A DNA stretch of 60,190 nucleotides from Mizuhopecten yessoensis. Taxonomy: Eukaryota. The DNA lies in NCBI RefSeq assembly GCF_002113885.1, contig NW_018480011.1:305854-366043 (forward strand). Direction: 5' to 3'. A program made the position numbers and the translations under genes. The stretch's first letter is position 1. Every line of letters starts with the position of its first letter. This document shows, piece after piece, positions 41,130 to 54,814 of the stretch. Under the pieces are notes generated by a model. That model was not told the origin of the DNA, did no database searches, and saw only the letters and a list, made by a program, of their open reading frames with translations.

Positions 41130-41400
41130 TTTCGAAATAGCCATTATACGAGGCAGTATGTTGTCGTGTTTGCCTCATTGCGAGAACGATTATCTGATTC
41201 CACCTTGAGAGAGTTACCTCACTGAAATACATGTACCATGATGCAGGAATCCATCATATCTTTCTGCCCGTACGCATTGTACTGACAACGTGTTGACCAG
41301 AATTTGCGTTACCCTACATTCTGAACGTTAAGCAGGAAGGAACAATAACCACTTTTATGATTTTTTTTTTGTTATGTCTCCGACGTGGGAAAGAACTCTT
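41130..41400 (-). mobile_element. Old SINE remnant; related copy in opposite orientation at ~43100-43400
   Basis: Shared core ataaaa(g/t)ggt..ttgtt..t.cctgcttaacgttcag and cgttgtcagta in inverted orientation. Family not assigned. Confidence 0.5.
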
Positions 41401-44400
41401 TGAATTCCTCAAAATGTTCGATTTCAAATGTAGGGTATTGCCAAGGGAAGCGGCAAACAACAAACGAGTTATGAAGTAATGAGAAAATTAAAAAAAAAAC
41501 TTTTGCAATGGGAGCAGCAGGTTTTATGTAGTCGTTGTGATTCCCAAGGAAAAAGGCCCAAAGGCAAATTCCTATTTCTATGGGGGATTCCCAGATTAAT
41601 TGCCTCTTGTAACCTATATTGAGTCCTAATAAGGTGCCTCAGTACCCTTGTTCACAGTAAGACTGAAGACAAATATATACCATACTGAAATCATCCACAC
41701 ACAAATGTTTTGTTGTGACCTATTTATATTCAATAAACTGGCCGTTATGATAAGTAATTCCATTTTTGGTATTCGGCAGGCTGAAAATTCCAAGTGAACT
41801 TGACGCAGCTACATTTGAAAATGAACTAAGCAAGTAGACACATGCGCTAGTGATAATGAATTAAAAGTCAAAGGTCACTCGGATAACAGCATATTTTTTA
41901 TTTAAACTCTTAATAATAATTTTTGTCACAAACATTAACATTAACATATATTTAAATCAAGTTCTCTTTTGATTACAAACCCCTCCCCCCCCCCTTTTCC
42001 CATTTTTTTTTTCATAACAAATATATTGAACCACTGTATTATATCTGAATTACTAAAGGAATGTCGGAATTTTTAAATAAAATGCCAGATAATTAAAGGG
42101 TTGTCCAAATAGATAATGAGAATTATTGTAATGGACTGTAATATTATTGTAGATATTAAGTAACTTAAAAAGAACAATTTTAAATGCTTGCTAACTACGC
42201 TTTCATATTTTGTTGCAGAGTGCAAAAGACAGCTGTTAACCGTGGAATGATAGTCTAGTTCCCCTACCATTACCGCCCCAGTTACACCACGTTTGAATAT
42301 ATTAATAATACCAGCTACCTTGTTCACGCAGATACAGATAACTTATGAAAGTCTCACCTTCCACATTTATAAATACAATTACACAATAAAATATAAATAA
42401 AACATGACGAAAGCCAATCTAAAAGAATTACGAGAGACTAAAAATAATTCAACTGCAATTTAAAGCACTCCACATTAAAAGGAACTTATTTTGAAAAAGG
42501 CTATTAGAGAGAGCTGCAAGTATAAACAAAGACATATCATAACATCAAACTTCACGCAAGTCTCCAGCACACAGACACTTATGCACGCATAAACAACAAG
42601 TCGCAAACGATCAGAATGTCATCATTGTCGGATAAACGTCAAGACAAGTACACAGTAGTCATAAAAACAAGCTTACAAGTGGTGATTAGGTGATTAGAGG
42701 TTACGTGTTCCGACAAAAAATAAACAACAAATAAGATGACATAACGTTAGCTTAGCTACGGAAGCCTAAAGTATCAGGCAACAATGTGTTTAAGACGTCA
42801 ATAAAATACCTTTCCTGATAAGATAACTAGACTGTATTTAATATTTCAGAAGCTATTATATTTTTGTGCGTGTATTTAAGTGCACCCCTGCAGATTGGGA
42901 TCGAGAAAAGAATACACCTGCTGCTATTGTACCACCACGGTATGTATCGTAAGAGGAGACTGTCTCCATGTTAGGGGAACCATCTGCATAATATGGGATT
43001 TGCTCTTGTGCCCTGTACTTCGGGACGCAAAAGCGACAAAAAAAATCTGCTTCTCTCCTTGTAATATTTGAAATCCTTATATTTTTCTCTTCTTCTAACT
43101 ATGCTGGGATATACAAAAGTCCATAAAATGGTAGTTGTTATTCCCTGCTTAACGTTCAGCATTTAAGATCCACCCGTTGTCAGTATAGTGTGACCGGGCG
43201 GGATGCTATGCTGAGTTCACTATAACACTATAAAGTCGGCATCAGATCCACGCTGTCAAAGGGAGGCAAGTACATCAATATATCCTGTCTTTTACACTCA
43301 TACACACATATACGCTAATACAGCACACATGAATACACGTCCTTAAATGATCTAAGCTGTTGATGAGACGTTACGAAAAGTGAAAGCAAAACAAACCAAG
43401 TATTGTGATGGAATGCTTAACGAGGGTGACAAAATGTTGGAAGAAATAAATACGGACATTTGATTCGGCCTGTGTTGATTAGGTTGCCAATATTTTTGAA
43501 TCCCTGGTTATGTGTTCAACTGTAATATTAAAACATGTGTTGATTATATGTATTCCTCCCTGTAACATGTAATCAAACATTGTTCCGCGACCTCCTCATT
43601 GCCCGGGCGTCCGCATATAACAGCAAATAGCCATGAAAATGTATCTATCGAATTTCTGCATGTAAACATTCTTAACGTGATGCTATATGTCTTCATTTCA
43701 CACAACAAGTTGCGCCCAATTAACATTTCTGACAATGTGGAATGTTGTCCGATGTTGTCTATCTTTGTCTTGATACATTTGGAAAGATTTTTTCTTCAGT
43801 CGCCATTTTGTCAGCAGAAGAGAAACAAGAAACGCTGACATCATGCTTTATGCCACAGTTTTGCAAAGCATTCTGCCCGTGAGATGGACAAATATAAAGT
43901 ACATCTTGAAGTTGACGGGAACGTTTTGTTTGTCCGCTAGGAACTGTTTTGTATACCCTCATTCGACGAAGGAAACAAATCCACCGGCTTGCTTGTTCAT
44001 ACTTATGGGCTTTGACTGTTGGTCTTTCGTAATATAAAACATGCACGCATATGTTCTATGGTCCAATAATGTATGGTTATTTACCAATGAAAAGTGTCGT
44101 TACAAGACGGTAGTAATAGAACCTGCTGTTGTGGTAGATATCGTACAGGCAGAAGGTGTTCTAGTCAATATTGAAATCGTTGGCGGCTGCTCTCAGCCTT
44201 CGTTCATATATAGCTTAGGTTAAATCGAGAGCTAATGCTCAGAACCTTTAACTGTTATCAAAAATGTTTGAGCTGGTCGACGTACGATATGACTGACGAA
44301 GGAAATTTTATGAAATAAAAAACAATAAGAAGGCATGAACTATGTTTCGCATTTCGTTAGCAATTGCAAGGGTCATCTGGCTGTAATATATGCTTCGAAG

Positions 44401-45129
44401 GTCAGAGTTGATTACTCATTCATTCCTTTGTATCCATAGTAAATGTTAACGCCCGTTTAAAAAAAATATATATGTTCCAACAGTTAGTTGTGGCAGTCTT
44501 ATTATCTTGATTCAAATATATTTTTCTTTGTGTCAGCAAGGTAACATGCTTTCAGACTGTAGCTTGTTTTGTTGTTAATATTAACTACTACACACAATCA
44601 GAAAATATAAATTGATGTTGAATGGTAATTTATTAATGACAGATTAAAAGATTGTGACACACATGTTCGCAATTTGTATTATCAAATACTAGTTATGTTG
44701 GAAAATATATATATCAAAAGTACATTTACTTCTGTTGTATATGTAACAAGAAAGGTGGGGTACAAATGATAAGCATAAGGTGCACTTTTCTACATATCAT
44801 GAGTTCATCCATGTATGTATATTGCGCTCCTCATCGGTGTCTTTCATGTGTACCCCAAATGTGTTGTAACATATAAATTAATTCTAAAATGTTCTTAAAC
44901 ATGTTTGCCCCATCGAATGAACTACTAGAAGGATGTCAGCATTCTTGTCCGAGTATAAATTTAAGTGTATTGTAATACTACCGAAACACTTTACCGTTTC
45001 CTGTATCGTTCAAAATACAAGCGTGAAGTTGGTTACTCATTCAATATTGGGTCAGCCAAAAAAAGGACAGGCTCAATATATGGCAGGCCTAATATTTAGG
45101 CTAGTCTGATATTAAATTGTTTCTAAAAT

Positions 45130-45560
45130 AAACAGTACCCCAGGCTTAAGAGTCCCACAGGGCACTTTTTCTGAGTTCAGTCTAATATCGTCATTTTTTC
45201 CTTTTGTACGTGTCAGGGCATATTGGTATAGGTCTTATGCTGCTTTTTACATATACACCACACCAGTGCATCCACTAAGGTATTCACATGCAAAAGGGCA
45301 TCAGCGATACCCAAGGCTAAAGATGCTTACTGGGCACTTTCTTGAATTTCAGTTGTATTAGGGCACAATGTTACAGGCCATTGGGCACCTTTTCATACCT
45401 ATGCAACAGTAGGGCATCGTCCAAGGTATTCACATGCAAAAAGGCACCATGACACTCCAGGCTAAAGATGCCCATAAGTCAGTTTTTTCGAATTTAAATC
45501 TAAAATAATTATCTTTTCGTTTTGAACGTGCCTGGGCATGTCTTATGCCGCTTTTTGCCA
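45130..45560. repeat. Degenerate tandem repeat, ~3 units of ~150-170 bp
   Basis: Recurrent aggctwaagatgcc..gggcactttt and aaggtattcacatgcaaaa.ggca. Confidence 0.6.
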
Positions 45561-47917
45561 CCTATAAATATTATATAACATGCTTTGACATTCATGGAAA
45601 GTGAGAAATTGTGATACTATTATTGAAATGTAAAAAATCCCAGATGACTGCTTGAAAACCATCGTGCTTTTTATCAGTCACCAAATGCAATATACCTCAT
45701 TAATTAGGGTTGGGTATTGCCAACATTTTGATATGCTTCTTCAAAATGCAATATATATTGCAGGCTTTTAGGAACTATTCATGAGTCTGAGACCACAATG
45801 TATCCAGTCTCAGAGCTTTGTCTGACAGTTTGTGATTTCGTATTAGTGGAAGGCCGTTACCACCAATAAATTAATTCCTGAATGTCGTTTCATGCAAGCA
45901 TATGCAAATCTGTATGAAACGGTAAAGTTACAATCCACACAGATTTTTTATTCTTGCATTTTTTTTTATCTCTCAGTTATCTCGGATACAGTTGTAGCTA
46001 ACTCTCTCAAGAATACGCAAAATTATAATGAAATTTCTGCTTCGTATTTTGTATTGAAATTATGTAAATACAAAACGTAGTTTAAAAATATAAAGAAAGT
46101 ATTTTTAGTGTAATGTATCAATTAGTGTTAGTCGATTAACCGGTCAATCGGTCGGAAGGACACGAACCGGTTACCAAAAGCAATAACTGAATATTCGGAT
46201 TTTTACTTACCTCTTTGGGGAGCCCCTTATTTCCCTGGCTTCATCTTCAAATTATCAATAAATGGGACCAAAATCAGATATTTTTGTAATAAAAACAGTG
46301 TTCAGTGATAATATGTTAGTTTTAAGTTTGTGCTCAATTGCAAATACTGACAAAGAAATGCCGACAGCGCCATAAAAAATATTAACACATTTTTAAAAGG
46401 AAGCCAGGATAAAAAAGAAAAATGTGAAAAACTATTTTTAAGATATAGAACGTGCTTTTACATGCGAGATGTACATATGATTTGAAGTGGTCACACTTGA
46501 ATGAACAAGCATGTCCTAACAATGTTTGTCATACTGTTCTTAAGAGCAATATTAACGCATATAATGTCGAGTACAGATACATGTAACTGTAATTGAATCC
46601 CCTCTTACTGCATTTCGACATTTGTTGTCTATGATATATACTTACTGAGGCTGCATGCAACTATTTCCTGCGACTATCCTGACATACGCGAGTAAACTAT
46701 CATGGTAATTATTATATACATGTATGTGTGTGGTGTTTAAACGTTTTAGAACATTTTCTACACACATAATGTGTTTGTTGCTGTTTAATACTTGATTACA
46801 AAATTGACCTCCTAATCGGTTACTCGATCGTAAGATTGTTCGAGTTACTGGTTACCAAAATATGACCGGTTTGTCAACCCTAGTATCGATGAAAAAAACC
46901 ATTACTTTTCCTCACACGATTTTTCTTCATGTTTTGTTACATTACAAGAGCACTGGGGCTATGTATGTACTCCTTAACATTATTTGTATTTTCTATCGTG
47001 CATATGTCAAATCTGCTCAGCGTTAGTGGAACTTATCAGGGCCTGATCACCAAGGAACGCGATGGATTGATCCTTTGCGGGGTTTCGTGATATCATTATA
47101 TAACACGAATCGCGATAGATCTTGGTGATGCGGTCATCAATGCCCCTTATTAGCATTTGAATTAAAGGTCACAATTATTAACCGCTTGAACGAATATTTT
47201 GTCATGATGTCGGGAAGGCAAACTCTGACGACTCCCTAGGACTGGATATGTACAGATGTAAGTGCAGGTTGAAATTGCCATTCATTGGAGGTTTAGTTCC
47301 GGGCGACACAAATAACAGTTCGTAAGAAAGTTTGTAATTTGCGGAAATGGTCCCGTAGCTCTGAGTATAATTACACCTAGATGGTGAATTTAAGCTAATA
47401 TTGTTCGGTTTTACAAAAATTGCTGATGTTCCCCGTTGCACTAGTAATGTAGATAGTCCATGCTTTTAAGATTATGAGTGCGTACAGCTTTATGTTTATT
47501 ACCAAGACATTATAGACTTGATCAGGTTAACAAGATTAGAAAACGAAATATAGAAGTGTGTTTCGAAAATCTTGTCAGCAAGATTAAATTTTTTTTCATT
47601 ATAAGACACTGTGCGACATTGTTGTAAACACAATTATGTGTAAAAAACGAAATATTTATTATTTTAGACTAAAATTTGAAAAGGTTTCGTTGATGCCCTT
47701 TCGCATGTGTAATAACTTAGATGATGCCCTGTGTAGACTATATGTCTGGAAAAGCGACATAAGACCTATTATTTGAGTGACGTTTGAATATCAACCTAGT
47801 CCAGTATAAAGCCAGCCCAACATTAATCAAGTCCACTATTTGGCTAGCTAGATATTGAATAAGTAACCAACTTCACCGTTGTGTAAAGTAGTACAAAAGT
47901 AAGGTTTCGGGCCAGGT

Positions 47918-48003
47918 TCATAATCATTAAGTACCCCCGGTACCCTCCTTGTGGCACCCCCTTTGGTAGGAGGGTTCCCAATTTGAGTGCAGCCAATACA
48001 CAG
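47918..48003. repeat. Polinton left TIR (inverted partner at ~55829-55935)
   Basis: GTGGCACCCCCTTTGGTAGG / AGGGTTCCCAATTTGAGTGCAGCCAATACAC match the reverse complement of GTGTATTGGCTGCTCTCAATATGGGAACCCT...CCTACCAGACGGGGGTGCCAC. Confidence 0.85.
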
Positions 48004-48074
48004 TACGCTCTTTCCCATAACATGGGGTCTTGAAACATTCAAGGGTAGTTCACTCTCCTACAAATCGGTTACAA

Positions 48075-49118
48075 TTTAGGCCAATGTAGCCATTTGACGT
48101 AGAGTTGTTTGTTACGGCCTTTTCCTCTAGTTTTCAATATGGTTTCCACCTTCCACATGTCATCTTCCATTACGTCAACTTTCTGTAGCTCGGACTGATA
48201 GAAAGTACCTTAAATTTCATCACCATCGTAATGCGTGACTCTTTACACAGGTAAGCCTCCACGAAGTATCTTTTGAGATGTGGTAAATATCTCCCCCGTC
48301 CAATTTTCGTCGTATTCCCGTGTGAATGGATTCCTGAGATGTGACAAACGCACTTTATCCCCTACTATAAACTTTACGAACTTATTTAGTCTTTCGAAAG
48401 ATCGGCTCTTTCTACGGCCAGTACATCCTCCACCAGACAGATATTTCGTTATTTTTGTTAACCTTAGTTGGAGTTGTCCCTAGGGTCATGTGATACATCT
48501 TGTTGTAGCTGTCGGCGAACGTCTGGAGTTTTGTCACGTATTCGTAAATCCTTAAGTGTGTAAAAAATCTATACATTCTTGACTTGATGGTCTTGATAAC
48601 GCGCTCGGACACGGCAGCCTTGGTTTCGTTCTCGGTATAAAGATGATGGATGTGGTATTGATTTAGAATAGAGTTTACTTCCTGTGATCTGTATTCTTGC
48701 CCCTTATCGGTGCGAATCCTGCTAGGTTGTCTCCCCTCGCTGAGAATCTCACGAAGAGCCTTTGTTGCGGATGCCCCTGTTTTGTCTTTTAGAGGATTCA
48801 CCGATAGAAATTTTGAGTACACGTCTATCACCACGAGAACGTAGGAATAACCGTTGTTTTCTTTCTGAAACTTGACCATGTCCATGAGATCGGCAGATCA
48901 TTGTTCGTCGATTCCAGTCACCAAGATTCTATTTCGTTTGAATGGTCTTCGGATAGATCGCTGAAGGCTGTACGGTTCTTGTCGCTGTAACCGTTTTCTT
49001 ATCTTGTATTTCCTGATGACGTATTTTCCAGCTTTTCTCACGTATCGATACAATTTATCAGGCCCAAAGAAACTCCCAGCATTGGTAGGATCGTAATAAA
49101 TGTCTCTTAAATAACCTT
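48075..49118 (-). pseudogene. Polinton retroviral-like (RVE) integrase with C-terminal chromodomain, disrupted
   Basis: YYDPTNAGSF, Q*SADLMDM (D), IRTDKGQE (D), AVSERVIKTIK (E), GTFYQSELQKV, WKVETILKTRGKGRNKQLYVKWLHWP (chromodomain, truncated). Confidence 0.92.
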
Positions 49119-49140
49119 CCCTCCTCCTCCTCCTCCTCAT

Positions 49141-49174
<34 letters not shown>

Positions 49175-49694
49175 CACATCTCTTCTAAGACATGACGGTT
49201 CTTTTTGAGTGCAATCTTGATGGCTTTGCGATCCTCATAACCATCGTCAACGAATTCTACGACATCTTCCATGACTTTATCGTGAACCGATCCGTCTTGT
49301 TATTTAAGAATGTACCGGATAATTAACCCGTATTTTTCATTAAATAGATCCATGTCTTTAGATTTCATCTTTTCGTTTGCTTTCTCCTGGACTTTGCCTT
49401 CAGACATATCTTCAATTACGTATTTCTCATACTTTTGATTCCATTTCTCCTCGTTTGCAGATCTGACTTCATTCATCATGCTATCGAAAGCTTCGTGTTC
49501 TTCAGTATCTCTATTTCCTCGCCGGACTCCATATCTTCATATGCGATCCACCTTTTTGGTTTAGGCTCATCTTCTTCGTCTATAGATTCTTGTTTTCTTT
49601 TAAGGCTGTCGTTTTCCTAACACCATTTTTCCACGTGTCTCTGTAAATCATGCATGTCTTGGAATACAATACCACAATCGTCACAGGCAGGCAT
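49119..49694 (-). pseudogene. Polinton accessory ORF: CxxC...HxxxxC zinc finger, helical region, poly-Asp tail
   Basis: MPACDDCGIVFQDMHDLQRHVEKWC*...MEDVVEFVDDGYEDRKAIKIALKKNRHVLEEMWDDDDD. Contains internal stops; function unknown. Confidence 0.6.
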
Positions 49695-49786
49695 TGCTTC
49701 TGTTTCTAAGGACAGCTGTTAATGTTGTTGTTGTTGATGCTGCTGCTGCTGGTAATACGGCCGCTCGGTTGGAGTGTCAGCCTCAA

Positions 49787-49821
49787 AATGATCCTTAGTT
49801 TGGTCTTTCTGCCCTTTTATA
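49787..49821 (-). promoter_or_regulatory. TATA + TCATT initiator promoter upstream of the zinc-finger/acidic ORF
   Basis: TATAAAAG (first T at 49821) with TCATT 30 nt downstream; ATG at 49694. Confidence 0.6.
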
Positions 49822-49829
49822 GGCTGTCC

Positions 49830-50633
49830 AGAAAAAAACATCACTGCGCATACGTAATGACTCGCGTGTTGATGGTTTCATATCGACAAGAAGATACCCG
49901 TACGGCTTGGTGCTGGCTTCCTTGAAATGTCTCATCAGGTGTTAAACATTTCCAGGGTACATCTGTTTGGCTAAAGTCATGATCTGCTGTTTATCGATGG
50001 GATTATTGAACAACACCAAATAGTGACAATTTCTCCTCTGTGTGGGGTCTTTATTGTAGTAGAGGTTCTGATTGATGGCAAACACAGACATGTTTCTGTG
50101 GTGGCTTCCCTCCGTAAACTATTCGTTAATTGCTTGCTGTCGACATCAGATTGTCCAAGGCGACAAGGTTTCTTACTCCTGGATACAGGAAGGAATCCTG
50201 GTCTAAATCCAGCGGTATTCCCTGAATAAGTTCAACCTCTGGTATAACGGTTGTCTTGATAACGTCATAGAGGGGCTGCCATCGTTTGTAGAGCCATACA
50301 ATCCTTTGTGGAGGAGGTGATATTTTGGTCAAGCAGTTTTGTAGCAGTAACTTGACAAAGTAAATCTTTCCACAAGACGTTGGTCCCGATACATTTTGCA
50401 GTGAAGGGGTGTTTAAAAACGAAATTCTGCTGCTGCTGGGTAAATAAAGCATATACCGGCTGCTTCATAATGTCTATGTAGGATTGTTGCTGCTGCTGCT
50501 GCTGCTGTTGTTGTTTTGTTGTTGCTGCTGCTGCTGCTACTGCTCCTGCTGCTTCGTGACTCCATCTCCATTGATGTGTGTGTCGTACGTGACGTTTTAT
50601 ATCACTCAAGCAAATATGACACTGGTACTTCAT
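49830..50633 (-). pseudogene. Polinton A32/FtsK-like DNA-packaging ATPase with N-terminal degenerate zinc finger and poly-Ala/Gln
   Basis: FKHPFT, frameshifted Walker A VSGPTSCGK, Walker B LVALDNLM, FTEGSHHRNMSV, QNLYY, NCHYLVLFNNPID, KPYGYLLVDMKP. Confidence 0.9.
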
Positions 50634-50665
50634 ATCGATGTGCACTCTTCGGTGTTCAGGTATGA

Positions 50666-50699
50666 AATGAGATTTTTCCAGTCGAATCCTCTATTTATA
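50666..50699 (-). promoter_or_regulatory. TATA + TCATT initiator promoter upstream of the ATPase ORF
   Basis: TATAAATA (first T at 50699) with TCATT 29 nt downstream; ATG at 50633. Confidence 0.65.
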
Positions 50700-50959
50700 C
50701 TCTCACAGGTGTTGCATTAGGTTAAATGTAAATAATAAGACAATTGCTAGTTTATGACATTTTATTACATGCACCAAAGATACGTCATATGTACAATAAA
50801 GAACCTACTCTAGCATGGACAATTTACACATTTGTATTACTCAGTGTCATCTACAACCCAATTTGTAGTACTCAGGCGATCTCGTGTACATCTTTTCCAT
50901 GAAACAAGGTCCTGACATGTGACCTTTCTAGGGTAGTTCACTCTCCTAACTTGATATTC

Positions 50960-53900
50960 TTGACCATACGCGTAGCTAGTGATCCCATCGTCGAGCAAAT
51001 ATCGCTTGTCGTCGAATGGTGATATACCCCTTTTGGTCATGGACACGTTGTAAAGCTGGTGTCTATATCTGATTCTTTTGGGACAGAAAGACTTTCTTTT
51101 GGAGAAGACATTTCTTATAATGCCCGAAACGGGTATGATTTTCGATCACATATTTCTTGATGCCTTTAGCTTTTTTCGATTCTACGTAAGTTTTTACCTC
51201 TTTGCCATCTTCCGTAACGTCATGTGTGTAGGCATACATTTCGGCCTTGAGTCTCACAATGGCATTAATGGCGTTTCCGTGGGTCTCGTCCTTCATTTTC
51301 CCGCACTCTTTCTTGTTTGTTAAGCTGTAGAGGAGGTGGTCTTTCTTATACTTCGATGTGTCGAATAAGTGTCGGTCTTCTAGCATGTCTTTGTAGATGT
51401 CCTCTGTTCTGATGATGTAGACCAGATAACATGTGTCCGTAAAAAGGAGGTATGCCCTCTTTCCAAATTTTTATTTGATGTAGTTGTTATGGAAGTCATA
51501 TATCATTGTTTTGGAGATATCCAGGATGGAGAATCCGACATAGATGGGTCGGTTCAAAAAAAGTTTCGATTTAAGCATGTGGACAGCTACCAAATCCTCC
51601 GTGAAGATCCTGAATTCATGGAATGTGGGCTTACATGTTAATTTCATGGCCTTCTTCTCACTGTTGACAAGTTTGACATCCATCCTCTTCCTTAAATTTT
51701 CCATAGTCTTCCCGAAAATGCTGTTGTTCAATAACTTGTAGAAGTCTTGCTCGAAATTGTTTCTAGATTGTTTCCTTTTCTCCGTATTGTAATCAATATT
51801 CGTCTTCAACCATGGAGACTGTTTGAAGGTTAATACTTTGTGGACTTTTGTGAGCTTCATTCCAAAAGAAAGATATTGTTTCAAGTTCCTATAATGCAGG
51901 ACATATTTTTCCTTGTTTCTAAGATTAGGAACGAGTTTTTGTGCGGAATTGTAATGATCCAAACAGTCATATGGCTTTTCATCATCATGTGGCTTGCTTT
52001 CCTCAGTCTGTCAGCTTATGCCATAAGGTCTTACTGTAGTCAGACAATTCGTCTTTCCCCACGGCTACTCGTTCTGGGGCCAGTAGATATTCGTTGTGTG
52101 GGTCGTGGAGTGCTGGAGGATACTCTAAATCCACTTCCAATATATATCCATCTGTCGCATCATCGGGAACTGTTGTGATATCAATCGTGTCTTTGCGGTA
52201 TCGGTAAGCCATGCGAAGTCATGAGTTGGCAGGCATTGTGACATGGCCCAGCCATACAAGTTATTGGCGTCTAAGTAAGTGATGTAATATGTTGGTTTTG
52301 TTTTGTAGTGTCCGGGAACGTATGGATTGTTGGTCTCAGCAAACCGATAACTAATCATTGATACGTGTCCCGCAAGCCTTTCTCGATAAATAAGCGCTGA
52401 TCGATGTCGGTAAGCAGTTCGAGTCTAACATCGGTTATTTTTAGCGCTGCTTGCCATGCTAGTCAAGAGGCGGTATAACAATGAGCTGCATCGAGCACAT
52501 ATGATTCCAGACATAGTTGTCGGAAGTTCTCAAACACATCAGCAAGACCCAGAACATCTGTTATGACATACAGGTCCGAATATTCACCAAGATTGTGTAT
52601 ACATAATTATTTCCAGACTTTGAGAGTGTGATCGTATTTTTCATCGAATACGTCCTCTCCCGTCAGACTTCTACGAAACGCTTCCTTTGGCGGTAATACA
52701 GTTTCTTGAAATCTGTGAGGACCATCAAAATAATCATATGGGTACACCTGCTTTTTTAAAAGGTGCTCGATTTTCTCCTCACCAAAATGTTGTGTCATGT
52801 GTTCAAATTTATCCTTTCCTTCCTCGGATAAATTTGCGATCAGTTTATCCAGTGATGCGCCCATAAACTGGAAGCTGTCGATAAAGTCCATTCACCCTAT
52901 GGAGAAAGAAATGTACATATCCATGTTGTTAGGTATACACTTTATTTCCTTATCTGACACTTTTCCAACTGCCTGCATGATTAGATTGGAATCGTAACCC
53001 CTCCGATTGTGGAAGACGACCGGAATCCGTCCAGTAAATTTGAAATGTATGTTGCACTCATTGTGAACTACTCCTCTAAACGCTCCTGTCACGTGGCAGT
53101 GGTTCCTCACTCTGTCATCTCCTAACTCCTTTCCACAAATGTTCCAATCGCTCCCAGTCATGACCATCGCCTTCACGTTTTTGGATTTTTGTTCTATGTC
53201 CTCCTGTTCTCTCAGCATACATTCTACAAACGTATCAGTAACATCCGGTCCTCTGTAGACCAAAGGTTTCTTAGATGTTGCTTGTGTGAGCCCTACGACT
53301 TTGTAAGCGAAACTAGAAGGAACATGTTGTGTGGTCTTCTCTGTATGTGATTTGTTTGGGTCAACCTCACATCTATGCATCAGCACTTGGAACGACTCGA
53401 AGTCCGCATATATGATGGAAGGCACTTTAAGCTTCTTTCTTACATCCTTATAGAACAACCATTTATCCTCTTCTGTAGATAGTTTTACTTTCTGTGTCCC
53501 ATGTTCCCGACAGTATGATATATGGTAAGATATAATGTTTTTTACATGTGTGTTGATCGCTCAACAGACGATCTACATTCTTTATCCAGCAGTAGTGGGA
53601 CTTGCATCCATCCGTTATCAGCAGTAAATCTACGTGTCTGTCAAATATTTGCTTTGCCACGTGGATTGGAAATAATGACCCCTTCTCATATCCGAGGACG
53701 TTGACCGTGATCTTATTCTGTGTCTCGAATTTATTGATGTCGGCTACTTTCACAGGGAGGGATATACCATCAAAGTTCAGCTCGTGTTGGTGACCTATGT
53801 ATTTGCTGATACGCTCAGGATGATTTTTGGTCGGATAAAGAGCAGCCAGTACCGACCATATGAAGCACTTCTTGTCCTTGTTTTGGACGTTGATGATGGC

Positions 53901-54735
53901 GTGTTTAGACCTCAGTTTGATTGGCAGCGGAATATAGCTTGATCCTTTCAGGGGTTTATATTTTGCAAAGTGTATCTGGATTTGAATCACCTTATCCAAT
54001 GTCCAGTTACTTCCCTGTCGTTGGTATTCTGTAAACGAATTTTGAATTTTTCTGATGGATTCCTGCATACCTTCATCGATGTCGGATGAATTAAAAGTAA
54101 TCTGACACTTTCCGCGAAAATGTGGCGAAACCACCGTTCCACTGTCTCCTCTTTCGGATTTGAGAATTGTACTTGAATAGATAAATACCATTTGACACCT
54201 CCCTGGACCATAGATTTCTCTAATTTCTTCTTTATTGTGATGAAGAAATGTCATGATGTCTAATTTGGCTTTGGCCTATGCAGGTAGAGTGACAACTTGA
54301 AGATTCCCTTGAGTGCTTCCTCTGAGCATTCCTCAGTCTCCGTTTGGTGGATCACCGGTTTGGATGTGGGGTCTACAGCCGGAAGTGTCTGTGTAAGGTC
54401 GTTCTCTTTGTTCTCGTCTTTATTTTCATCCACCACTCCTCCCTGCTGATTAAATATATGGTTCTTCAAATGTTCGCGGTATTTGTCAGTCCTCCAGAAA
54501 GATTTTCAACAACACAAATGCAGTGGTTCCCCGTGGACTTTCATGTGCCATGTAAGCCTACCTTTCCTTCCGAACTCCTTTTGGCACACATTACATATCC
54601 ATTGTTGACTCCATGACTAGATGTATGTCTATTCAATGCCTTCTGGTGTTCAAACGTTTTATCACAATGGGGACATGACCATTTACCCTTCTTATCCGGG
54701 TGTGAAATACTGGCTAAGGCCTTCCTCTTCGACAT
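50960..54735 (-). pseudogene. Polinton protein-primed family B DNA polymerase (pPolB) with N-terminal C2H2 fingers, many frameshifts
   Basis: C2H2 WSCPHCDKTFEHQKALNRHTSSH; QGSNW..GSSYIPLP..INVQNKDKKCF; ExoI YADFES; EndoVII-like VRNHCHVTGAFRGVVHNECN; ExoII FHNRRGYD; FIDSFQFM; motif A YLDANNLYGWAM; motif B YKLLNNSIFGK; degenerate motif C FTDTC; KAKG; DDKRY. Confidence 0.95.
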
Positions 54736-54814
54736 GCTGAAATGTATCGCAGTGTTCTGTAGAGTTACTATAGTCACTCTGACAAGATCTTCCTCCTCTG
54801 ATTGTCTTCCTAAG

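Noticed and set aside
44130-44215. Minus-strand peptide RRLRAAANDFNID*NTF resembling a pogo/psq HTH
   Set aside because: Too short, interrupted by a stop, and I could not find a following CENP-B or DDE domain.
46123-46882. Possible hAT-type non-autonomous element (TAGTGTT...AACCCTA ends, AACCGGT subterminal motifs)
   Set aside because: TIR match is weak and no 8-bp TSD is evident.
48898-49272. Single ORF fusing poly-Asp/poly-Arg to the integrase N-terminus
   Set aside because: Most likely an artefact of microsatellite slippage joining two adjacent Polinton genes in a decayed copy.
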